A DNA stretch of 64,000 bases from Fimbriimonadales bacterium (GTDB lineage Bacteria; Armatimonadota; Fimbriimonadia; Fimbriimonadales; Fimbriimonadaceae). Under the pieces are notes generated by a model that did no database searches, was not told the DNA's origin, and saw nothing but the letters and a program-made list of their open reading frames with translations. Both the position numbers and the translations under genes were made by a program. Positions 17,285-26,445 of the stretch are shown in pieces. The DNA lies in NCBI GenBank assembly GCA_046330155.1, contig JAXLTH010000005.1:17417-81416 (forward strand), written 5' to 3'. Every line of letters begins with the position of its first letter. Position 1 is the first letter of the stretch.

Positions 17285-18132
17285 GGACGCTCGACGAACC
17301 TCCACTTCATGCGGTTGAACACCCAGTAGCCGAACACGAGCAAGCCGAACGAGGTGATCGCCGTTAGCGAAAGCAATCCCCAGTCCAGCGGCAGCGGCGG
17401 GTAGTGCTGGTCTCGCACCACGACCTCCTGCGGCGCAACGAGGACCTTCCGGTACGCCGTCGCGAGCATGGCGATCGGGTTCAGGTGGTAGAGCACGTAC
17501 ACGCCCGGCGAGGTGTTGAGGTGCACCTCTTCGCTGAAGTACATGATCGGAGACAGGAAGAAGAGCAGGTACAGGGCGACCCCGACCATGTACTTGACGT
17601 CCTCGTAAAACGTGTTCAGGGCGGAGATCAGCAGGCCCAGCCCGGCCGCCAGGGCGAAGTTGATGACGAGCAAGACCGGAAGGTACAGGATCGTCCACTG
17701 GAAGGGCGGCACCGCCGGGTGGCGAATCCAAATGACGAGCAGGTAGCAGAAGAACACCAGCAGCGCGAGGAGCAGGTGGATGAAGTTGGCGCAAAGCGAC
17801 GCGAGGGGGAGCACCTCACGCGGGAAATAGATCTTTCGAACCAGGGGTAAGGCGTGGAGGATGGACTGAGCCGAGTCCATAAGCGCCAACTGAAAGAACA
17901 TGTACGGCAGATACGCCGCCAAGATGTAAACGCTCAGGTTGCCCGTCTGGTTCTTCAGCAGGAACTTGAACACGAACGTCATCACCGCAACGGTGATCAG
18001 CGGGTTCAGGAGCGACCAGAAGAAGCCGAGGTAACTGTTCTTGTAGCGAATCTTGAGTTCGCGCTCGATCAAGCTAAGCAACAACTCGCGGAAGCGCCAT
18101 AGCTCCTTCAGCTCCGCCAGCATACGCGGCAT
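17281..18132 (-). CDS. ABC-2 type exporter permease (Wzm/TagG-like)
   Basis: 283 aa. RELKIRYKNSYLGFFWSLLNPL signature, six hydrophobic helices. Confidence 0.9.
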   Translation of the reverse strand: MPRMLAELKELWRFRELLLSLIERELKIRYKNSYLGFFWSLLNPLITVAVMTFVFKFLLKNQTGNLSVYILAAYLPYMFFQLALMDSAQSILHALPLVRKIYFPREVLPLASLCANFIHLLLALLVFFCYLLVIWIRHPAVPPFQWTILYLPVLLVINFALAAGLGLLISALNTFYEDVKYMVGVALYLLFFLSPIMYFSEEVHLNTSPGVYVLYHLNPIAMLATAYRKVLVAPQEVVVRDQHYPPLPLDWGLLSLTAITSFGLLVFGYWVFNRMKWRFVERP

Positions 18133-18161
18133 TCTACCGAACCTGGGCGTCTTGAACCTAT

Positions 18162-19931
18162 GTGAGCCGTATTCTCGTCGCGCTCGTTGCTCTTGTTTGC
18201 GCTCGCTTCGCCGCTGCCGAAGCGTTCGTGATCAACCTCTTCGACGTCCGGATGCAACTTCATCGGGACGGCGGTATGGACGTGGAGGAGCGCATCACCG
18301 TCACCTTTACCGAAGACCGCCACGGCATCTTTCGGTTCATCCCCATCGACTACGAAACCGGCAAGGGCGTGACGCGGAGAATGCTCGTCACGGGCGTGAG
18401 CGTCACCGACGGCAACGGCAACGGGCAGAAAGCCGAAATCGGAAAGGAAGGTCCGAACCTGCGTATCCGAATCGGAAACCCGAAGGTCTATGTCAGCGCC
18501 GGCACCCAGTTGACCTATGTGATCCGCTACCACGCTTTCAACATGGTCAACCGGTTCGCCCGCGCGGACGATTGGGAGCCCCATGCCGAGCTGTATTGGA
18601 ACGTCACGGGCGACCAGTGGGAGGTACCCATCTATGCCGCCCGCTTCAGCCTTGAGTTCCCCAACTCGCCCAACGGCAAAGGAGTGCGCGGCCGGATCTT
18701 TGCCGGTCCCTACGGCTCGCGTGCCGCAAACACGGCTCTCAAGCTCGGCGACTACACGGACAGCGGCACCGCTTCCCACCTTGTCCTCTCCTCGAACCGG
18801 ATGACCGGCGAACGCACCGCCCCGCTCGACCCGGGCAGCGGCTTGACGGTTGTGCTCGACGTTCCTGCCAACCTCATCGACGAGCCGACCACAGCCCAAC
18901 TGGTTTTGCTCTACCTTCTGCCCAACCTCGGGTTTGGAATCCCGCTGTTGGCATTGCTCGCCATGCCGATTCTGTGGCTCATCTACGGGCGCGATCCTGC
19001 TGCGGGACCGACGGTCGTGCAGTTCGAGCCGCCGGACGGCCTCGCGGCCCCGGAAGCGGGTGCCATGCTCGACGAGAAAGTCGACCCCCGAGACGTCGCC
19101 TCGATCATCGTCTCCCTGGCCACCAAAGGTTTCTTGACGATCGAGGTGCAGGACCGACTGATTGGCAGCGACACGACCCTGCGTCTCACGGGGTCCGGGG
19201 ACGAGTCAAAACTGAACGCCCACGAGTCGGCGATGCTTCGGTACCTTCGCACCGCGGGCGACGTCATCGACGAAACGGACATGCGGGAGCATGTCGCCCC
19301 GTTTGCTTCCACGATCCGCTCCACCATTTGGAGCGTGCTCGTCGACCGAGGAGTCTATCGCTCTTCTCCTGAGACGGTCCGCGTTCTGTGGGTGGTGTTT
19401 GGCCTGGCGATTACGATCGCCTTGGCGGCACTCTGCGTCCTCGTCTCGCCCACCAAGGAGCAGCTCCCGTCGATAGTCGGAGCGATCGCGTCCGCCATCA
19501 TCGTAATCGCGTTCTCCAAGGGCATGCCGCGCCGAACCCGGGAAGGTTCGAAGCTGCTCGCCCGGGTCCGTGGTTTCGAGGAGTTCATCCGGCGAGCAAA
19601 GGAGCCCGAGCTGAACTGGATGAGCCAGAAGCACCCCGACATGGCGCTCTTTGAGGAGTACCTTCCCTACGCGGTGGCTTTCGGCTTGTCCCGGCAGTGG
19701 TCCAGAGCCTTCGAGGGCATCCTGACCGAGCTGCCGAACTGGTACATCTCGCCGAACCGGCAGTTCATCGGCATGGACTTTGGGCGTTCGCTAAACCGGG
19801 TGACCGACAATATTGCCTCGGCTTCCACCACGCCGCCACGTTCCAGCGGCGCTTCGGGCGGTTCGTCGGGATTCGGCGGAGGAGGCTTCTCCGGCGGCGG
19901 ATTCGGCGGAGGCGGCGGAGGCAGTTGGTGA
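18162..19931 (+). CDS. DUF2207-family membrane protein with Gly-rich C-terminal tail
   Basis: GTG start. Signal peptide, a periplasmic N-domain (...ITVTFTEDRHGIFRFIP...), TM helices, and the tail SSGASGGSSGFGGGGFSGGGFGGGGGGSW. Followed by LemA, which is the usual partner. Confidence 0.8.
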   Translation: MSRILVALVALVCARFAAAEAFVINLFDVRMQLHRDGGMDVEERITVTFTEDRHGIFRFIPIDYETGKGVTRRMLVTGVSVTDGNGNGQKAEIGKEGPNLRIRIGNPKVYVSAGTQLTYVIRYHAFNMVNRFARADDWEPHAELYWNVTGDQWEVPIYAARFSLEFPNSPNGKGVRGRIFAGPYGSRAANTALKLGDYTDSGTASHLVLSSNRMTGERTAPLDPGSGLTVVLDVPANLIDEPTTAQLVLLYLLPNLGFGIPLLALLAMPILWLIYGRDPAAGPTVVQFEPPDGLAAPEAGAMLDEKVDPRDVASIIVSLATKGFLTIEVQDRLIGSDTTLRLTGSGDESKLNAHESAMLRYLRTAGDVIDETDMREHVAPFASTIRSTIWSVLVDRGVYRSSPETVRVLWVVFGLAITIALAALCVLVSPTKEQLPSIVGAIASAIIVIAFSKGMPRRTREGSKLLARVRGFEEFIRRAKEPELNWMSQKHPDMALFEEYLPYAVAFGLSRQWSRAFEGILTELPNWYISPNRQFIGMDFGRSLNRVTDNIASASTTPPRSSGASGGSSGFGGGGFSGGGFGGGGGGSW

Positions 19932-19965
19932 ATCGGATTCGCCTCCGCCACCGTTAGTACATCAG

Positions 19966-20517
19966 ATGCAAGCCGTGGTCTTACTAGTCGTCCTCGCCCT
20001 TTTGGCGCTGATCATCTGGCAATACAACGCCGTGATCGGGCTGCGGCAGCTCACGCGAAACGCCTGGGCGGACGTAGACGTGTACCTGAAGCGGCGCGCC
20101 GAGCTCATTCCCAACCTCGTTGCCGCGGTAAAGGGCTACGCCAGCCACGAGCAGACGCTTCTGGAGGCGCTCGCCCAAGCCCGGACGGAAGCCCTTGCCC
20201 AGCAAGGGCCCAGCAACGAGAAAGCCGTAGCGGAGGGCGCAGTGGGCTCCCGGCTTGCCCAAACCTTGATCTTGGCCGAGAGTTATCCGGACCTCAAGTC
20301 GAGCGAGTCGTTCAACCGCCTTCAAGAGGAGTTGACGGACACCGAGAAGATGATCGCTAGCGCAAGGCAGTACTACAACGCCTGCGTGCGAGACTTGAAC
20401 ACGAAGATCGAGGCGTTCCCCAGCTCCATCGTCGCCGCCATGATCGGCGCCAAGCACGAAAGCTACTTCGAACTTGACGCCGCTCAAGAGCGCGAGGCGC
20501 CTCGCCTAGGCGGGTAG
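19966..20517 (+). CDS. lemA: LemA family protein
   Basis: Internal ATG 19966 of track ORF 19813..20517. N-terminal TM helix (VVLLVVLALLALIIW), then NAWADVDVYLKRRAELIPNLV...ARQYYNACVRDLNTKIEAFP. Confidence 0.85.
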   Translation: MQAVVLLVVLALLALIIWQYNAVIGLRQLTRNAWADVDVYLKRRAELIPNLVAAVKGYASHEQTLLEALAQARTEALAQQGPSNEKAVAEGAVGSRLAQTLILAESYPDLKSSESFNRLQEELTDTEKMIASARQYYNACVRDLNTKIEAFPSSIVAAMIGAKHESYFELDAAQEREAPRLGG

Positions 20518-22353
20518 CGGCAGACCGAACGCCTGCAGCCACTCGCGCATCAGCGCGACGCGGTTGGCCATATTGAAGTCCACGTTGAACGGGCGGCCCC
20601 GGGCGTCGATGATGATGCCCACGGTTCCGCCTTCGAGCTTTCGGCTCACCGCCTTGCCCTTGCCCTCGCCCACGTCGAAGCCCTTCGCCGGCTCAATCGT
20701 GAGATCGAGAAACTCGCCGCGTCCGCAGGGAATGATCTTGATCTTGCCGAACGGCACCGTCTCGTTCACGCCTTCGCCCTTGACCGTCACCACCGGCTCG
20801 CCCGGCTTGGCTAGGCCAACCGGCGAAATGCAGTGGCCGCACTTGACGATACAGTCGTACTCGAACACGTCCTTGGCCGCCTTGTAGTGGTGCTGGCTGA
20901 GCACGCCAAGGTGCGGCGTCATGAAGATCGAGTCGACCGTGAGCATCGTGATGCCTTCCGGCTGGTAAGCGTCCATCATCATGAGCGCCGATTGGGCACG
21001 CTGCGGGGCGTGCGAGAGAACGCCGCCCGAGCCGATGATGATATCCAGCGCCATCATCTTGACCAAGGTTTCGCCGGTCGATTTCTGATCGAAGATCTGG
21101 CCGACGTCGCGCTGCTGCTGCGTGCCCGTCAGGCCGCGAGCGAGCGTTTTGTGGTGGTCGAACGCCAAACGGAGCGCCTCTCGAGACACCGCCTGCTCGA
21201 TGAGCAGGTCCTCGTACGTGTGAGGAATCGTCGTCGGGCGGATCATCTTGTTGCGGAGGCGGTTTCGCACCTCGCTGGGATCGATTTCGAACGGCAGCCA
21301 TCGGGCGATGTTCGTGATGCCCGCTTCCTTGAGCACGTTGCAGATCGAGTAGCTCATGCCGAGGTTCGCCGAGACCGTGCGGTTGTAGATGCCGCCAAAG
21401 ACGGAGAACACGTCGGTGGTGGCACCGCCGATATCAACGCCGAGAAGGTTGATTCCCTCGTTGTCGGCGTACTCCTTCAACAGTTTTCCGACCGCGTTCG
21501 GGGTCGCCATGACCTCTTCGCTCGTCCATTCGAGGAGCTTGGAATAGCCCGGCGCCTGCTGCATGACGTGCTCCAAGAACATCTCGTGGATCTCGTCACG
21601 CGCCGGGTCCAGGTTCTCCCGGTCGAGTGTCGGACGAAGGTTGTCCACCGGCTTGAAGGCGATGCCGTGGCCGAGAACCTCGTCCACTTCGGTGCGAGCA
21701 TCTTTGTTGCCCGCGTAGATCACGGGCAGCTTCATGTCGCCGAATCGGGGGCGCGGGTCGGCGCGCCGCACGACTTCGGCCATTTCGATCAAGTGGCTCT
21801 TGGTGCCGCCGTCCGTGCCGCCCGACATCAGGATGATGTCGGGACGAAGCTGGCGTAGCCTTTCCACCTTCTGGTAGTCCTTGCGCCCGTCGTCCACCGC
21901 TAGGGTGTCCATGAGAATCGCGCCGGCGCCAAGCGCCGCTCGTTCCGCCGACTCTGCCGACATCGCCTTCACGACGCCTGCCACCATCATCTGCAAGCCA
22001 CCGCCCGCCGAGGAGGTCGACACGTACAGGTCAGACGCCTCCATGGGGTCGCTTCGCTCGTCGGTCTTCTGGCCTTCCTTGTAAAGGCGCCACACCTTGC
22101 CGTCCTTGATGAGCTTGCGACGATGCGGCGTGAATCCCTCGGGAACCGCGGCTTCCGTAATCTCCTCTAGCTCCGTGATCGAGTTGAGAACGCCGATGGT
22201 GACGTCTTCGAAGGGGCGCTCGACCGTCGTGGGCGCCTCGCCGCGCGCAACGAGACGATAATCGCCGTTCGCGTTCTGTTCGATGAGGATCGCCTTCGTC
22301 GTGGTGGAACCGCAGTCCGTTGCCACGATCCGCTTGATATCGGGGGACGACAT
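20506..22353 (-). CDS. ASKHA-fold (actin/Hsp70-like) ATPase of GlmL/MutL (glutamate mutase accessory) type, long form
   Basis: 615 aa. Phosphate-1-like ATDCGSTTTKA, phosphate-2-like GVDIGGATTDVFS, SGGTDGG, GSGGVLSH. The family name comes from pattern recall only. Confidence 0.5.
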   Translation of the reverse strand: MSSPDIKRIVATDCGSTTTKAILIEQNANGDYRLVARGEAPTTVERPFEDVTIGVLNSITELEEITEAAVPEGFTPHRRKLIKDGKVWRLYKEGQKTDERSDPMEASDLYVSTSSAGGGLQMMVAGVVKAMSAESAERAALGAGAILMDTLAVDDGRKDYQKVERLRQLRPDIILMSGGTDGGTKSHLIEMAEVVRRADPRPRFGDMKLPVIYAGNKDARTEVDEVLGHGIAFKPVDNLRPTLDRENLDPARDEIHEMFLEHVMQQAPGYSKLLEWTSEEVMATPNAVGKLLKEYADNEGINLLGVDIGGATTDVFSVFGGIYNRTVSANLGMSYSICNVLKEAGITNIARWLPFEIDPSEVRNRLRNKMIRPTTIPHTYEDLLIEQAVSREALRLAFDHHKTLARGLTGTQQQRDVGQIFDQKSTGETLVKMMALDIIIGSGGVLSHAPQRAQSALMMMDAYQPEGITMLTVDSIFMTPHLGVLSQHHYKAAKDVFEYDCIVKCGHCISPVGLAKPGEPVVTVKGEGVNETVPFGKIKIIPCGRGEFLDLTIEPAKGFDVGEGKGKAVSRKLEGGTVGIIIDARGRPFNVDFNMANRVALMREWLQAFGLPLPA

Positions 22354-22385
22354 AGACCCCGATTTTAGCAGACGGTTAACCCCGT

Positions 22386-23312
22386 TCAGGCAACTTCAGC
22401 GTGGAGAAAGCTCCGAAGGTCAGCCTCGTTCACGCCCGGTTCGCCCGGCGAAACGTTGTTCAGCTTGCCCTCCTTCATCCACTTCTCGAGTTCATCGACT
22501 TGGCTAAAGACGTGGTCGAAGGAGTCGGCGATGAACAAGAGCGGCTGATAGTGGTCGATCTCGAAGTACTGGTTGATGATCCACTCCAACTGCAGCGGGT
22601 AACGCTGGACGTCGGGAGATTCGATGCAGTAGGCGAGCTCGCCGTACGAACTCAGCAGCCCGCTTCCGTAAGCCTTGAGGCCGTCGGGCGAGCGCATCAG
22701 GCCGAACTCGATGGTAAACCAGAAGAACCGAGCCATCGCCTTGATGATGCTGGTGAGGCGCCGAATCTGCTCTTCCTCGTCCTTGATCTCCTGGATAATG
22801 CCGGCGGCCGTATGGGCGCACTCGCCGAACCGAACGAGGGTATCGGCAAACGCCTTGTCGGTGTGCATGGGCACATGACCGGCGATGTCGTGAAAGATAT
22901 CCGGCTCGGGAAGGTAGTCCAGCTTGTCGGATCGCCGAATCGTGATCGTGGTGGGAAACTCGCGGTTTCGAAGGCTGTTGAAGAACTGGAACGCGGGAAC
23001 GTAGCCTGCCACCGCCTTGGCTTTGAACGCGGTCAGGGGTTCCAGGAACTTGTTCACGTCTTCAAGACGGGGCACCCGCTCCGGATCAAGGCAAAGGGAG
23101 GCGATACCCTTCAGGAAGTGGGGGTTGGCGTACCGCTCCCATCGAGGAAGCATGCGGGCAAAGAGCTTTCGCCAGGCTTCGTGGTTCTCAGCGGAATAGA
23201 GATCATAGGGCTGGAAGATGTAAAGCTCTCCCCTGCCCTGAGCCTCTTCAATGAACGGGGCCTGAGTCGTGGTCAGGCCCGCCTTAAAACGATCGACTTC
23301 GTTTCGGATCAC
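22386..23312 (-). CDS. phhA: Phenylalanine-4-hydroxylase (biopterin-dependent aromatic amino acid hydroxylase)
   Basis: GTG start. LDYLPEPDIFHDIAGHVPM (iron-binding His pair), EFGLM, YGSGLLSSYGEL. Confidence 0.9.
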   Translation of the reverse strand: MIRNEVDRFKAGLTTTQAPFIEEAQGRGELYIFQPYDLYSAENHEAWRKLFARMLPRWERYANPHFLKGIASLCLDPERVPRLEDVNKFLEPLTAFKAKAVAGYVPAFQFFNSLRNREFPTTITIRRSDKLDYLPEPDIFHDIAGHVPMHTDKAFADTLVRFGECAHTAAGIIQEIKDEEEQIRRLTSIIKAMARFFWFTIEFGLMRSPDGLKAYGSGLLSSYGELAYCIESPDVQRYPLQLEWIINQYFEIDHYQPLLFIADSFDHVFSQVDELEKWMKEGKLNNVSPGEPGVNEADLRSFLHAEVA

Positions 23313-23349
23313 CGCAAAAACACCCCCGTCATTGTAACAGACGACGGAG

Positions 23350-23784
23350 TTACGGCTGTTCGATCACTTCGACGATTTCTTCGGGAGCAAAACGGTCGAG
23401 CAGAACCCACGCGGCGGCCGCCAAGATGGCGAACAGCGGCAGAAGTAACGCCAGCCAGTGGGCCCAGATCATTTTGTCGCCGAGCGGCTTGATGGACTGG
23501 TAGTAGAACTCGTCGCGAATCGCCCTAAAGGGTCCAAACCCCACAAAGAGGCCGATGACCGCGGGCGCAAGCCCGCCCCATTTCGCCATGGCGGGCCACT
23601 TCATACGAGCCTCGAAGTGCTTGATCAATGCAAAGAGGGCGAACCCGACCGCGGACAAGATCAGCGGCCACATCATGGGCTGGAAGAACGACTCAGGGAT
23701 CGGATCGGAAAGATCGGCAAAGGTAAACATCGTGGTTCCTGAAGCTATGGACTCTGACGTGAATTGTCGCACAAACCGTGCCAA
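23350..23784 (-). CDS. Small polytopic membrane protein, unknown function
   Basis: 144 aa with about four hydrophobic helices. Lies 37 nt upstream of phhA on the same strand. Confidence 0.5.
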   Translation of the reverse strand: MARFVRQFTSESIASGTTMFTFADLSDPIPESFFQPMMWPLILSAVGFALFALIKHFEARMKWPAMAKWGGLAPAVIGLFVGFGPFRAIRDEFYYQSIKPLGDKMIWAHWLALLLPLFAILAAAAWVLLDRFAPEEIVEVIEQP

Positions 23785-23811
23785 ATCCCACCCCGCGGGG
23801 CGTTAACGAAC

Positions 23812-23842
23812 GAAGGCCCGAGGCAAACGCCCCGGGCCTTCT
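23812..23842 (-). terminator. Terminator-like hairpin after 23855..25129
   Basis: AGGCCCG / CGGGCCT stem (23814-23820 / 23833-23839), 12 nt downstream of the stop; weak T tract. Confidence 0.45.
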
Positions 23843-23854
23843 CTCAGAGTCGAC

Positions 23855-25129
23855 TTAGTTGGAGAGCCAAGCCGCTTTATCAACGCAGTGAAGCCAACCG
23901 TCGAACGCCGGAGCTTCATCGTTGACCGGAGACCACACGATCTGCGCAGCCACCGAGTTGCCCGAACCCACAAAGGTGGCGGGTGTATTGGAAGTCGCGT
24001 AGGCCGTAAGGTCCGTCGAAGAACTCACGCCGCCGTTGACCGTCACGAAGTTGTTGTTCGCGTTGCGGAACTTGATCTGGTACTGGAGTCCAAGACGTCC
24101 CGTGGACATCTCCGCCGCAAAGGTCAGACTGTTCGCCGGCACGCTTGCGACCGAGCCGCCGAACTGAACGACGCACCGAAGGGTCGCCGAGTCGTTGAAC
24201 GAGCAATAGCTGTCGTCATCCGAGGCCTGCAACGAGTTCAGGTCGCCGGAGCCGGCTTCGCCCTCGAGCAGCGTGACGCTAGACACCGCGCTGTAGGCGC
24301 CCATCGACACCGTGAAGTCCTGGATTCCGAAGACGTTATTGAAGTCCACAAAGCTCGGGTCGCCCAAATTGCCACCGCCGCTCATACCGGAGAGGATTTG
24401 GTTCGACATGTAGTCGTGGCCGCCGCCGTTGACGAAGGCGCAGATCTTGAAATCGCCGATGGGGCCGCCGAGCGCCGCAAGCGGAATGCAGTACTCGACA
24501 CCCGTGGAAACCCCGGCGCCGCTACCCGTGCCGGTGCCGCCAAAGACGCCGCCGGTGTTCGAGTTGTTGATCGTAACCTTGATGCCGTACGGGTTGTTGT
24601 TGCCGCCGGTCAGGGTGCCGTCCGAGCCCGCGCCCGTGCTACCCATGTAGTAGCCCTGGCCGCCCCCCGCCGTCAGAAGCTCGGCATAGTTGGCGTACAT
24701 CGTGTAGGGCACGCCGCCGCCGGTGACGCTGATCCAGTAGTCGGCGTCGAAGCCCGTGTCGAACCTCAGGCCAGCCATGCGGTTCAAACCGTTGAAGTCG
24801 ACGTCCGGATTGTTGTTCAGAAGCAGGTTCTGGCCCCCGGGCTTGCAGTCGATGAAGACTTCGAGCTTGTTATAGTTCGACTCCAGGTTGCCGCTCAGGA
24901 ACAGGTAGAGCTTGCCGTCGCGAATCGTGGCGAAGGCGCCGTCCAGCTCCGAGCCGTTGGCGAAGTCGATGAGGCCCAAGTTGCTGTCGCCGAACTGGGT
25001 TTCGGTGTTCTGGACCACAACCGCGCTGCCATAGCCAGCGTCGAGCGACCCGTCGATGATGATTTGCGCCGAAGCCGAGACCGAGAGCCCCGCCAACGCA
25101 AGAATCGGTAGTGCGATGCGATTTTTCAT
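23855..25129 (-). CDS. Secreted protein: CBM9/DOMON-like N-terminal region, Gly-rich middle, C-terminal domain shared with the 12920..14287 product
   Basis: Signal peptide MKNRIALPILALAGLSVSASA. C-terminal ...AQIVWSPVNDEAPAFDGWLHCVDKAAWLSN. The N-domain call is tentative. Confidence 0.85.
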   Translation of the reverse strand: MKNRIALPILALAGLSVSASAQIIIDGSLDAGYGSAVVVQNTETQFGDSNLGLIDFANGSELDGAFATIRDGKLYLFLSGNLESNYNKLEVFIDCKPGGQNLLLNNNPDVDFNGLNRMAGLRFDTGFDADYWISVTGGGVPYTMYANYAELLTAGGGQGYYMGSTGAGSDGTLTGGNNNPYGIKVTINNSNTGGVFGGTGTGSGAGVSTGVEYCIPLAALGGPIGDFKICAFVNGGGHDYMSNQILSGMSGGGNLGDPSFVDFNNVFGIQDFTVSMGAYSAVSSVTLLEGEAGSGDLNSLQASDDDSYCSFNDSATLRCVVQFGGSVASVPANSLTFAAEMSTGRLGLQYQIKFRNANNNFVTVNGGVSSSTDLTAYATSNTPATFVGSGNSVAAQIVWSPVNDEAPAFDGWLHCVDKAAWLSN

Positions 25130-25235
25130 TTCCCTTTGCTTATCCTCCCCAAAATCGGAGATGCCGAAGTGGTCGGAAGAGTCCTTCCAATCTGTAAGTC
25201 AAGGGCACCGCCTTCGCGGTGCCACGCCGTCGAAC

Positions 25236-25282
25236 TCAAAAACCGTTGGAGGTGGGTCTGAGCCAGGAGCCCAAACCCACCT
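25236..25282 (-). terminator. Terminator candidate at the end of the LacI-GH13-pilin-like operon
   Basis: On the minus strand, AGGTGGGT...ACCCACCT (25250-25257 / 25275-25282) is followed within 7 nt by TTTTT. A second perfect 8-bp hairpin GGCACCGC-CTTC-GCGGTGCC lies at 25204-25223. Confidence 0.45.
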
Positions 25283-25291
25283 TGAAGAGAG

Positions 25292-25573
25292 CTATTGCCC
25301 CGAGCCGCCCTGTTGCATACGGGACCGTGCTTCCTGCTCCGTACTCGGAGGGCCGCCGGCAGAGCCGTCGTTCCCTCCAGGGGCGGACGAACCGCCGTTC
25401 TGGTACTGCTGGTAGCGTTGCCCCGCTGCCTTTGCCTCCATTTCCTCCCGCTCACGACCTGGCGATGCCGTTGCCGTGCTCTTCGTGTAGAACATGTACC
25501 CGGCACCACCGATCAGCGCAACTGCGACGATGATGATGAGGGCGACCAAGCCCGGAGACAGCTCTTTCTTCAT
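25292..25573 (-). CDS. Small membrane-anchored protein with a Gly/Gln/Ser-rich disordered tail
   Basis: 93 aa. TM helix LVALIIIVAVALIGGAGYMFY. Starts 5 nt after the stop of the pilin-like gene. Confidence 0.5.
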   Translation of the reverse strand: MKKELSPGLVALIIIVAVALIGGAGYMFYTKSTATASPGREREEMEAKAAGQRYQQYQNGGSSAPGGNDGSAGGPPSTEQEARSRMQQGGSGQ

Positions 25574-25578
25574 GGGGT

Positions 25579-26445
25579 CTAGTTACCCTCCGGGAACGGG
25601 CAGTCTCCGTCCGCGACGTTCCAGCCCGAGTCCATGCAGGAAAGGCCCTTGTCCCAATACGGGTCCGGACTGCCAACCCACCAGGCGGCCTTCTCGGCGT
25701 AGCCCGGAAGCTTGACGCCAACCATCTTGCCGTCGGTGGTGCGGGCGCCGCTCATGCGATAGAACTTGACATGGCCGTCCACGAACGCGAACACGGCGCC
25801 TTCGGTGGCGGCGTAGTTGATTTCGCCGCAGCAAGACGACGGGTCGCTCGAGGGAAGGTCGTCGCGCCGAGTGTTGTTGACCTCGATGCCCCAGAACCAC
25901 TCGTCGGCGAACCAAGGGTTGTTCACGCTCGGTGCGGTCTTCTGTCGCTTCTCGGCGAGGGACACCGTATCTGCAGGCGCCGGAATCGAGCTGGTCGAGA
26001 TTCCGCCCTTGCCGACAAAGCTGCCCCAATAGCCCGTCTTCACCTGAACGGCACGGAATACATGGCTGGCAACCCCGAAACTTCGGCGGAACGTGCCCAC
26101 AGGAGTGTTGTACTGGGTTCGGCCGTCCAAGGGGAACATGAACATTTGCCAGTTCTTCGTGTACGGCTGGATCAGCTTCTCAAAGGACATGGCGTTCGTG
26201 GGGTCGCCGCCGTTGGGAGGCCCGAAGCCGATGCGAAGCTTGGGCGCGAAGTAGTCGTCGTTGTCAGACTGGTACATCTGAGCCGCGAGGTTGATCTGCT
26301 TCATGTTGCTTGCGGTTACCGCCTTTTTCGCGGCGACCTTGGCCTGGGCAAACACGGGGAACAGAATCGCTGCGAGGATCGCGATGATCGCGATGACAAC
26401 GAGCAGTTCAATGAGGGTGAAGCCCCTCCGATTGGTTTTGGTCAT
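25579..26445 (-). CDS. Prepilin-type N-terminal cleavage/methylation domain protein (DUF1559-like pseudopilin family)
   Basis: MTKTNRRG|[28 protein letters not shown] (class III signal, Glu at +5). C-terminal [10 protein letters not shown] motif. ATGA overlap with the GH13 stop. Confidence 0.9.
   Translation of the reverse strand: MTKTNRRGFTLIELLVVIAIIAILAAILFPVFAQAKVAAKKAVTASNMKQINLAAQMYQSDNDDYFAPKLRIGFGPPNGGDPTNAMSFEKLIQPYTKNWQMFMFPLDGRTQYNTPVGTFRRSFGVASHVFRAVQVKTGYWGSFVGKGGISTSSIPAPADTVSLAEKRQKTAPSVNNPWFADEWFWGIEVNNTRRDDLPSSDPSSCCGEINYAATEGAVFAFVDGHVKFYRMSGARTTDGKMVGVKLPGYAEKAAWWVGSPDPYWDKGLSCMDSGWNVADGDCPFPEGN

Noticed and set aside
16550-17794. 414-aa version of the ABC ATPase ORF, and the similar upstream extensions of the scpB (53368), dnaB (46042), lemA (19813), trkA-N (6650) and PafA/Dop-like (50926) ORFs
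   Set aside because: The extensions overlap well-supported neighbouring genes and are Arg/Pro/Gly-rich. Internal starts give canonical N-termini, often with 4-nt stop/start overlaps.
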